From NCBI GenBank assembly GCA_963662715.1, contig OY759724.1:600001-632000 (forward strand): a DNA stretch of 32,000 nucleotides. The letters are read 5' to 3'. This document shows positions 15,790 to 22,786 of this stretch, piece after piece. The position numbers and the translations under genes are program-made. This DNA comes from Candidatus Omnitrophota bacterium. GTDB lineage: Bacteria > Omnitrophota > Gorgyraeia > Zapsychrales > JANLHA01. Within the stretch, counting starts at the first letter, position 1, and each line of letters starts with the position of its first letter. The notes beneath the pieces are model-generated. The model was given only the letters and a program-made list of their open reading frames with translations. It was not told the origin of the DNA and made no database searches.

Positions 15790-16333
15790 TCCCTTCCTTT
15801 CTCATAGCTTCCAAAATTTTCTCGCGGGCCCGCTTGATTCTCGTTCTGACAGTGTTCAACTTTATACTCAAAACTTCCGATATTTCCTGATAGTTCAATC
15901 CTTCCATTTCCCTTAATAATATGCAGGCACGCTGCTCGGGAGACAGCCCCCGCAGCACCGCATCCCTTATACGGGACTTATCGTTCCAGGATACCTCGTC
16001 TGAAAAAATACCGTGCGAATCTCTTTTCTGAACCCAATGCCACTCACCGCGTATTTTCTGTTCTTTCAAACGTCTTCGGTAATGATTGATCGCTGTGTTG
16101 ATCGTGATGCGGTAAACCCAGGTTTTAAAAGAGGACCGGTAGTTAAACCTTCCCAGAGAACCGTATATTTTCAGGAATACTTCCTGAGCCACTTCTTTGG
16201 CGTCTTCCGGGTTTTCGTTCATACGCAGCGCCAAATGATAGACATAGGCCGAACTGGCTTCATAAATCATCCTGAATGAAGTCCGGTCTCCTGCCGCTGC
16301 CTGTTTAATAATGTCTGCCGGGATGGATTTCAT
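15773..16333 (-). CDS. ECF (sigma-70 group 4) RNA polymerase sigma factor
   Basis: 186 aa. Region 2 (..VAQEVFLKIYGSLGRFNYRSSFKTWVYRITINTAINHYRR) and region 4 HTH (LREMEGLNYQEISEVLSIKLNTVRTRIKRAREKI). Confidence 0.9.
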   Translation of the reverse strand: MKSIPADIIKQAAAGDRTSFRMIYEASSAYVYHLALRMNENPEDAKEVAQEVFLKIYGSLGRFNYRSSFKTWVYRITINTAINHYRRRLKEQKIRGEWHWVQKRDSHGIFSDEVSWNDKSRIRDAVLRGLSPEQRACILLREMEGLNYQEISEVLSIKLNTVRTRIKRAREKILEAMRKEGIDDEM

Positions 16334-16345
16334 GGCCTCATTTAT

Positions 16346-16373
16346 TTAGACACGGGAACAAGGAAAAAGTTCC
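16346..16373 (-). promoter_or_regulatory. ECF-type (autoregulatory) promoter GGAACTT-N16-TCTAA
   Basis: Minus strand reads T9-CGGAACTTTTTCCTTGTTCCCGTGTCTAAATAAATGAGGCCATG. The very short leader is a caveat. Confidence 0.5.
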
Positions 16374-16551
16374 GAAAAAAAAAGAACCGCTTCCCTTATT
16401 ATACCCGATTTACAAGTGATCTTCCTTCTGGGGGGCCATCCAGAAGGGAAAAATCCGGATATAGGAAACGGCCCTTTGGGATGTATAAACTGCAGCCAGT
16501 TCTCACCACAAGTTTAATGCCACTTACACTGCTTACTCCCTCCTCTCCTGC

Positions 16552-16587
16552 AAAAAAAAACGACCTTTCCTGAATACGGAAAAGGTC
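16552..16587 (-). terminator. Rho-independent terminator (riboswitch expression platform)
   Basis: Minus strand reads GACCTTTTCC-GTATTCA-GGAAAGGTC followed by G and T9. Confidence 0.75.
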
Positions 16588-16604
16588 TGTTCTCCCAAAA
16601 AAAT

Positions 16605-16689
16605 CTTGTTTGGCAGCCAGGCTATCCGTATTTCAGGATCCTATGACTTTGCGTCCCCACCTTACGATGGGTTTGCCTTTTCATCAAGC
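16605..16689 (-). promoter_or_regulatory. c-di-GMP-I (GEMM-I) riboswitch aptamer
   Basis: Minus strand reads GCUUGAUGAAAAGGCAAACCCAUCGUAAGGUGGGGACGCAAAGUCAUAGGAUCCUGAAAUACGGAUAGCCUGGCUGCCAAACAAG. The GGCAAACC-(helix with GNRA loop GUAA)-GGGACGCAAAG core parallels the V. cholerae Vc2 aptamer as I recall it. CUUG...CAAG can close P1. Confidence 0.7.
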
Positions 16690-16708
16690 ATAATCTCTAT
16701 CTACCCGA

Positions 16709-16737
16709 AGTATAAAACATCCTGCGGCAAGAGTCAA
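16709..16737 (-). promoter_or_regulatory. sigma70-type promoter TTGACT-N17-TATACT
   Basis: The -35 is at 16732-16737 and the -10 at 16709-16714. It lies 42 nt downstream of the GT-C stop and about 15 nt upstream of the aptamer. Confidence 0.55.
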
Positions 16738-16778
16738 ATTAATTATTGTAGAAATATAAAGCTTTGGGATAAAACAAT

Positions 16779-18455
16779 TTATTGCCCATGAAAGCCGAAA
16801 TCATACAGATAAACCGCAGCCCCGTCCTTTTCAAGACTCTGCAGTCTTTGGGCGTTCTTATCCAGAATATATAAAATATAATCCTGCGCGACCGGGTTCA
16901 TGCTGGAAAAGAAAAACCACACTCTTTTCTGGTCAGAAATATGAAGCGGAGAATTGACAAATATCCTGCGAGGGCGGCCAATCATCTGGTTACTCAGCAA
17001 CTCCCGGAAGTATCCTTCCTGATTATAGACGTATACAACCTGCCGGAACAAGGCATAAGGCCGGCCCTGTTCTGTCAACAAATGGTCGAGGAACTGCCCC
17101 GCCACATATCCCAGCTTTATCCCTCCCTCCTTTCCAGTGGAAACCGGCAGAGAAGGAGACATAAAACGTTCACAGCCAAAGCGCTGGCTGTAGTACCAGA
17201 AAGGGAACTGGGCCTCGCTGTTGAGGACGAAAGCATCTCCCGTTTGCGCGTGGCTGGCCAGAAATTCAATGACGGCCCTGTTATCCTGGCGGTGATACCC
17301 GTGCAAAAACGACTTGAACGTCTGCGTCACGGAAGGATACAGCATAAAACCTATGACAAGCCAGCTTAAAAAATGATACGGGGGTCTTACAAAAGAACAA
17401 ATCCATACGCCCCCTTCAGCTAACATCAGCAGGATGAGAGGCACCAGAAACAACACCATCCGCCCCCCGAAAGGATACTTTTGTAAAGCCGTTGCGGTAA
17501 GGACAAAGACCAACGGAAGAAAGCACAGCCAAAAAATGTTTTTATCCTTACGAGATAAGGTCATGCCTCCCAGCAAGGCTATTATGAAGGCGGCCAAGGA
17601 ATGGCCCTGGCCGACCGGATCTATAAAAAACGACGACAGCATGTTTTTCAGCCAGCGGATACTTTCCGGAGAACCGACGGGTTGCGGCATAAACGAATTC
17701 TTCCACATATTCAGCAATAAAGGATCTGCGGCCATAATGGACAGGGAACAGCGGTATAAAGCGTAAAAGCTGATCAGCCACAGAAAAACAGCCGTGATGA
17801 GGTGTTTGAGCCGGGAATAATCCCGGGCAAGCATGATCGATATCAAAGAGGCTGTTGCCGCAGCCGCCAGGACGAATACCGCGGAATTGGAGAGCCACAG
17901 AGATATGGCTCCGGTGATTCCCAAGACAAGCGTTTTCTTCCGGGTGAAAGGACGGGACAGCCCCCAAAAGGCGGATAAAAACAGTCCCGTTGTTATTAAA
18001 ACATCAAGAGAATAGGGCTTGAGTTCTGCGGCATAGTAAACAAAAGATGGATTGAACGCAAATAAAGCGAGCGCTAATGTTGAAACAGCCGGCGAAAAAA
18101 ACCTTTTCGTGACAATATAAAACAATATAATGGAAAGAATACTGGCGCAAAAGGGCCCCAACCTTAAAACCCATTCCTGGTTTCCTAACCAAACCACCAT
18201 GACCTTTTCAAACACAGAAAAGATATAGGGTTGTTTAGCAAAACTTTCCGCCAGGGGAATCTGCTGCAACACCTCAGACCAGGAACGGTTGACAATAGAT
18301 ACGGCTGTAACCGTCTCATCCAGCCAAAAAGACCTGTTCTGAAGATAATGCTTCAGGCGGAATCCGGCCCCCAGCACAATGAGTAAAAGCTGAAAAGGCC
18401 GGGACAATATCCCCTGCCGTATGCGCTCTGTCATATGATAAAATTTCACAATCAC
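16779..18455 (-). CDS. GT-C fold glycosyltransferase (ArnT / PMT_2, GT39/GT83-like)
   Basis: 558 aa, polytopic. The N-terminal ..NRSFWLDETVTA.. (DE motif in the first periplasmic loop) is typical of polyprenyl-phosphate-sugar-dependent transferases. Start is uncertain (GTG 18455 or ATG 18434). Confidence 0.8.
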   Translation of the reverse strand: MIVKFYHMTERIRQGILSRPFQLLLIVLGAGFRLKHYLQNRSFWLDETVTAVSIVNRSWSEVLQQIPLAESFAKQPYIFSVFEKVMVVWLGNQEWVLRLGPFCASILSIILFYIVTKRFFSPAVSTLALALFAFNPSFVYYAAELKPYSLDVLITTGLFLSAFWGLSRPFTRKKTLVLGITGAISLWLSNSAVFVLAAAATASLISIMLARDYSRLKHLITAVFLWLISFYALYRCSLSIMAADPLLLNMWKNSFMPQPVGSPESIRWLKNMLSSFFIDPVGQGHSLAAFIIALLGGMTLSRKDKNIFWLCFLPLVFVLTATALQKYPFGGRMVLFLVPLILLMLAEGGVWICSFVRPPYHFLSWLVIGFMLYPSVTQTFKSFLHGYHRQDNRAVIEFLASHAQTGDAFVLNSEAQFPFWYYSQRFGCERFMSPSLPVSTGKEGGIKLGYVAGQFLDHLLTEQGRPYALFRQVVYVYNQEGYFRELLSNQMIGRPRRIFVNSPLHISDQKRVWFFFSSMNPVAQDYILYILDKNAQRLQSLEKDGAAVYLYDFGFHGQ

Positions 18456-18490
18456 CCAGGATAAAAGTACCGGCTCATGGTCACGGAGGC

Positions 18491-18697
18491 TCAGGGTTCA
18501 GGAACAGGCTCATGAGCTTTCCGGCCATAAACTTTTTCATAAGCCTGACAAAAAGGACAAATCTTGTTTTCAATCGTCTTCACAAACCAAAAAATAAATC
18601 CGCGTTGTTTGTCCCGGGCCTTGCGGCACACAGGGCATTCCACGCATTTCTGGGCCATCTGACGGTCCCGCTCTGTTACGGCATTCTCATGCGGCAT
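18491..18697 (-). CDS. small Cys-rich (CxxCxxC ... CxxC) protein, putative zinc ribbon
   Basis: 68 aa. Strong SD AAAGGAGGA lies 5 nt upstream of the ATG. Motifs CVECPVC and CPFC flank a hydrophobic GFIFWFV stretch. Confidence 0.55.
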   Translation of the reverse strand: MPHENAVTERDRQMAQKCVECPVCRKARDKQRGFIFWFVKTIENKICPFCQAYEKVYGRKAHEPVPEP

Positions 18698-18855
18698 ATC
18701 GTCCTCCTTTCCTGATTCGAGAATAATAACTCAATATTAACAGACCTTGCCCTTGTTCTGTTTATATACGACCCTGTCCTGCCCAATCAACGAGCACATT
18801 TTTCTAGTTCCTTTTGGCCCTGTTGGGGAAGCAAGTTCCTGTCCGATCTTATTGC

Positions 18856-19905
18856 CTAAAAGTATTCAATAATTTTCAATGATAAATATTGGGAGAATAT
18901 TTCATTCCCTGCATCATTCAAATGATTTGCATCCATAAAATATTTTTCTTTATAACTCTCAAGTATCGGCTGGATCACTTTCAAATTGTCATTTGAATTT
19001 AAAATATCTTTTACGGCTTGCTTATATATATTGTTCATGCCATTCTCTTCCCTCTGCTCAAAAAGTGTTTCAGGCAAAGGAGAATTGAACATGAAAACAT
19101 ATATTTTATGCTCTTTGGCTAAATCAATAAATTTATTAAACCAATAAAGGGCATCATGATTAATGACGACTTGCTGTTTATAAAATATTGACTCCTTTAT
19201 ATCGTCTTCGGTTATTATATTGTCTTTGCCAAAAACAATCCCGCCATTATGTTCCTTCAAAACAGTATCAAGCATTTGAGGGCCCGAAAACTCCTGCCAA
19301 GGATTCATCAAAAGAATTTTAATTTCTTTACGGAAGGTCAGCAGGTAAGAAAATCTTTCTATCTCCGGGATGATAATTTCTCCGGAGCATCCCGGCGGCA
19401 CAACACTCATCATATCTGCCAAATCAAATAATTCACAAAATCTATGAACATAAAGATATTTTCCATACATATCCTGACAGATATCCCATCCTTTGAATAA
19501 ACTTTCAGGCATTGTCGAAATAAAAACGATCTTCGGTTTTTCATGTTGCTGCAAATAGTTATATAAAAATAAATAGTACGTACGCATATCTGCATACGGT
19601 GTGGAGAAATTATAAATATCGACTCTTTTATTCATCTCCTTTGACAAGGCATCAGAAATAATCTTTGCGTTAATACCCAAAGCACGGCTGTCCCCAAGGA
19701 TGATACCGCTAAACTTTAATTTGTTATCACCGTCAATAATGGCTTTTTTCTTATAAATAATCATGTCCGCAAATCCCAATATTTTATCAGGGATGTTTCT
19801 AACAAAAGATTCCGTTAACGCCAGCATTAATAAACACAGGAAAAAGGCATACGGTATTTTCTTAGAATTGAAAATAGATAAATTCTTTTGCACCGGTAAC
19901 TCCAA
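18856..19905 (-). CDS. SGNH/GDSL-like (DUF1574-type) protein, probable periplasmic O-acyl transfer partner of MBOAT
   Basis: N-terminal TM anchor. GDSR (block I) and DANHLN (block V DxxH). TTG start 19905 overlaps the MBOAT gene by 44 nt; alternative GTG at 19893. Confidence 0.7.
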   Translation of the reverse strand: MELPVQKNLSIFNSKKIPYAFFLCLLMLALTESFVRNIPDKILGFADMIIYKKKAIIDGDNKLKFSGIILGDSRALGINAKIISDALSKEMNKRVDIYNFSTPYADMRTYYLFLYNYLQQHEKPKIVFISTMPESLFKGWDICQDMYGKYLYVHRFCELFDLADMMSVVPPGCSGEIIIPEIERFSYLLTFRKEIKILLMNPWQEFSGPQMLDTVLKEHNGGIVFGKDNIITEDDIKESIFYKQQVVINHDALYWFNKFIDLAKEHKIYVFMFNSPLPETLFEQREENGMNNIYKQAVKDILNSNDNLKVIQPILESYKEKYFMDANHLNDAGNEIFSQYLSLKIIEYF

Positions 19906-21295
19906 ATATTATTAAACATATAAAACACACATAATAAAAAATGGCTTTGATAATTACGTTACTTTTGTAAACAATCATTAAATCTTTCTTTGAATACTGC
20001 CAGACCTGAACTGCCAAAAGAATAAATATATATTTCAAAACACCCCAAAACTGCATTCCGAGCTCTTTCAAAGGCACATACTCCCACTGAAAACATAACG
20101 CATAGAACATATTGGAAAGCTGCGGGAATGATTGGGCGCGGAATATCAGCCATCCGATACATGTTATATGAAAAAAGATTATTATTTTGAGAGCAAAACA
20201 CATTTTTTTCGCAAAAACACTTTCAAAAAAACCTGTCTTAATTCCTATCGATTCTATCAGTCGTTGAAACATTAAAAGTAAGCCGTGATAAGCGCCCCAC
20301 GCAATAAATGTCCAGGAAGCCCCGTGCCACAGCCCTCCCAGCAACATTGTAATAGCTAAATTTCGATGCATTCTATTCGCGCCTTTTTTATTCCCGCCTA
20401 ATGGGATATATAAATAATCCCGAAGCCAGGTTGATAAGCTGATATGCCATCTGCGCCAGAATTCCCTAGGATTAGTTGAAAAATATGGCAGGTTAAAATT
20501 CACCATAATTTCAAAACCCATACATTTGCTTAACCCTCTTGCGATATTGGAATATCCGGCAAAATCACAAAAAATTTGAAATGAGAATGCATATAAAACA
20601 AATAATATTTCAAAAGCATTGTCAAAATTCTTTACTTTTCCAAAAACAGTATCCACGTATAAAGCCAAATTATCGGCGACAAAAACCTTCTGGAATAATC
20701 CCCAGAAAATCAAGTAACACCCTTCATAAAATTTCGTTAATGTGACCTGTCTTGACTGTACGACTTGAGGAAGAAGATGTTTGGCTCTTTCGATTGGGCC
20801 TGCCACGAGTTGCGGGAAATAAGCGACAAACAACGCAAAATCTAAAAATCCTCTCGTGGGCTTAAGTTCCTTTCTATAAATATCAATTGTATAGCTCATC
20901 GTCTGGAATGTATAAAAAGAAATACCAACGGGCAAAGTAATTGCTAAGGAAAATTCGGGGATCTGGAATCCAAACGAATTCATCAAATGCTGCAGGTTTG
21001 ACGTAAAGAAATTACAGTATTTGAAAATTCCTAAAACACCCAAATTACCTAAAACGCTGAGAAATAGAAATCGTTTCCGAGTCTTTATGTCTTCAGTTGA
21101 ATCTATTTTCAGCCCGCAGAAATAATCCAACACTGTTGAGATGACTATTAAAGACAAGAACCGATAATCCCAACTGCCATAAAATATATAGCTGGCAATT
21201 AGCAGCATCCTATTCTGCCATTTGTGATTGAGCACGAGATAAAGAGAATATACTATGGTGAAGAATATCGCAAATTGTAATGAATTAAACAGCAT
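19862..21295 (-). CDS. MBOAT-family membrane O-acyltransferase (AlgI/DltB-like)
   Basis: 477 aa, polytopic. FWRRWHISLSTWLRDYLYIPLGGN and LLGGLWHGASW contain the conserved MBOAT His. Confidence 0.9.
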   Translation of the reverse strand: MLFNSLQFAIFFTIVYSLYLVLNHKWQNRMLLIASYIFYGSWDYRFLSLIVISTVLDYFCGLKIDSTEDIKTRKRFLFLSVLGNLGVLGIFKYCNFFTSNLQHLMNSFGFQIPEFSLAITLPVGISFYTFQTMSYTIDIYRKELKPTRGFLDFALFVAYFPQLVAGPIERAKHLLPQVVQSRQVTLTKFYEGCYLIFWGLFQKVFVADNLALYVDTVFGKVKNFDNAFEILFVLYAFSFQIFCDFAGYSNIARGLSKCMGFEIMVNFNLPYFSTNPREFWRRWHISLSTWLRDYLYIPLGGNKKGANRMHRNLAITMLLGGLWHGASWTFIAWGAYHGLLLMFQRLIESIGIKTGFFESVFAKKMCFALKIIIFFHITCIGWLIFRAQSFPQLSNMFYALCFQWEYVPLKELGMQFWGVLKYIFILLAVQVWQYSKKDLMIVYKSNVIIKAIFYYVCFICLIIFGVTGAKEFIYFQF

Positions 21296-21505
21296 TTGTT
21301 CAGGGATTCAGGTGTTTATGTTAAAAATTTATACTAATAAAAACAGGGACACACTGACCCGGGTCTCGGATATTGATCCAAAATGTCAGATAGATTATGC
21401 TCCCAAGGACGCGGAACCCCCAATTCGGTTAAGGCGTCCATCGCCATGACCTGCATCTTCGACGTTTCCCTCGTTTAGCCAGAAAAAAAATCCGGCTAAA
21501 AGTCA

Positions 21506-21640
21506 CTACCCTAAGATGGAAAAAGGGATGATGACACAATCCACATGATTCCAGGTTTTTAAATTTAATGTTCTGGTTAAGAAAAGTCCTAAGGATAAGC
21601 AGAATAGCGAAAGGAAGAAGACTGTCAGGTAACGTGTCAT
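21506..21640 (-). CDS. possible 44-aa hydrophobic small protein
   Basis: MTRYLTVFFLSLFCLSLGLFLTRTLNLKTWNHVDCVIIPFSILG. It starts 19 nt after the receiver gene stop. No SD, so the call is weak. Confidence 0.2.
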   Translation of the reverse strand: MTRYLTVFFLSLFCLSLGLFLTRTLNLKTWNHVDCVIIPFSILG

Positions 21641-21659
21641 AATTTTGGATTTTTAAAAT

Positions 21660-22085
21660 TCAGCTTCCTTCTATCGGGGACGGATTTCCGTGCAGGCGGC
21701 GGTTGATCGATTTCCGGATTTCGCTTAACAGCTTTTGGGGATGCAGGGGTTTGGCAAAAATCCGGTATAAACAACCGTCAACCTCAACCGTCTCATCGCC
21801 TTTATCCTGTTCAACGCCCATGGTTACCGTTATGAAAAAAACGGGAATCCGGTTCGTCCCGGGGTCTTTCTTGATCTCTCTCAGGACATCCATACCTCCG
21901 ATATCCGGGAGCATGACATCCAGTAAAATAAGGTCCGGTTCTTCGGCCCGGGCTTTCGCAATCCCGTCCTGCCCGTTGAGGGCGCCGACAACGTCCTTTC
22001 CGGCACTAACACACCATTTCTGCAATAAACGTACGGTATTAGGATCGTCATCAATAACAAGTATCTTTGAAAATTTTTTTACCAT
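21660..22085 (-). CDS. stand-alone response-regulator receiver, atypical alpha4-beta5 region
   Basis: DDD, LLDVMLPD, FITVT, AKPL. No output domain and no kinase nearby. Confidence 0.85.
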   Translation of the reverse strand: MVKKFSKILVIDDDPNTVRLLQKWCVSAGKDVVGALNGQDGIAKARAEEPDLILLDVMLPDIGGMDVLREIKKDPGTNRIPVFFITVTMGVEQDKGDETVEVDGCLYRIFAKPLHPQKLLSEIRKSINRRLHGNPSPIEGS

Positions 22086-22161
22086 ACAGGATGCCTTCCT
22101 CTAAAATAAAAGCACTGCCCCTGCCAACGGAAGAAGCTGTTCAAAGCGGTTAAAACAATGA

Positions 22162-22320
22162 TTAAAAAAGAGTGTAAATAAACGGGGCCACCGCTGAGCT
22201 TTCCGCAAAAATAATAAGCAAAGATAACAGTCCCAGAATAATGATGATAGGCGCTAACCAGTAACGTTTGCGCACCCGCAAAAAAGCCCACAATTCTTTA
22301 AGGATCGACATTTTTGACAT
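22162..22320 (-). CDS. DUF5989 (SxtK-like) small membrane protein
   Basis: Below the track cut-off; track ORF 22079..22291 is a different frame. MSKMSILKELWAFLRVRKRYWLAPIIIILGLLSLLIIFAESSAVAPFIYTLF matches the family pattern, including the C-terminal APFIYTLF. AGAGG upstream. Confidence 0.75.
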   Translation of the reverse strand: MSKMSILKELWAFLRVRKRYWLAPIIIILGLLSLLIIFAESSAVAPFIYTLF

Positions 22321-22386
22321 AACAACCTCTTAGATATGTTTTAACGCTTGCTGTATTACCCCTGGGGCGTTTACAGCTGAGTCCCT

Positions 22387-22785
22387 TTAAAACTGCCTTA
22401 AATAGGATTCCTTATGAAATTCGGTTTTCGGCCGCGTGATCCAGTAACTGCTTTTTCCCCGGGCAAACGCCTGATCCAATAAATCTTTACGCAACAACCG
22501 CAAAACACAGCCGACAACTCCAAAAACACCATAATAGAGAACCGTGAGGGTAACCGTGGACAGGACCAGACCGACAAATTTCGCGACTGTCATCCATTGC
22601 CGGTAGAATCCCTTTAAAAAAAAAGGGTTCCGCCACGTCATCCCGGCCAAAACCGCGGCGATAAGCAGCTGGAGGACATGCCCGAGTCCGAAGCCGTATT
22701 TCCATCCCCAGCGGCCGCCAAGAACGATAAGAATCAGGGACAAGCCGTAACCGAAAACAAGCAAATCTTTTTTTTCTTTATCCAT
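22387..22785 (-). CDS. SxtJ-family membrane protein
   Basis: 132 aa, hydrophobic. The C-terminal ..LLRKDLLDQAF..SSYWITR....YLRQF resembles the SxtJ family. It starts 1 nt after the carbamoyltransferase stop. Confidence 0.65.
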   Translation of the reverse strand: MDKEKKDLLVFGYGLSLILIVLGGRWGWKYGFGLGHVLQLLIAAVLAGMTWRNPFFLKGFYRQWMTVAKFVGLVLSTVTLTVLYYGVFGVVGCVLRLLRKDLLDQAFARGKSSYWITRPKTEFHKESYLRQF

Positions 22786-22786
22786 T

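Noticed and set aside
16536-16550. Very strong SD-like purine tract (GGAGAGGAGGGAG on the minus strand) right after the riboswitch terminator.
   Set aside because: The only start within range (GTG) is followed immediately by TAA. The longest downstream frame (37 codons, GTG) has no SD. No CDS is called.
22079-22291. 70-aa track ORF.
   Set aside because: It is the wrong frame of the region. The overlapping 52-aa frame (22162..22320) has an SD and the DUF5989 pattern.
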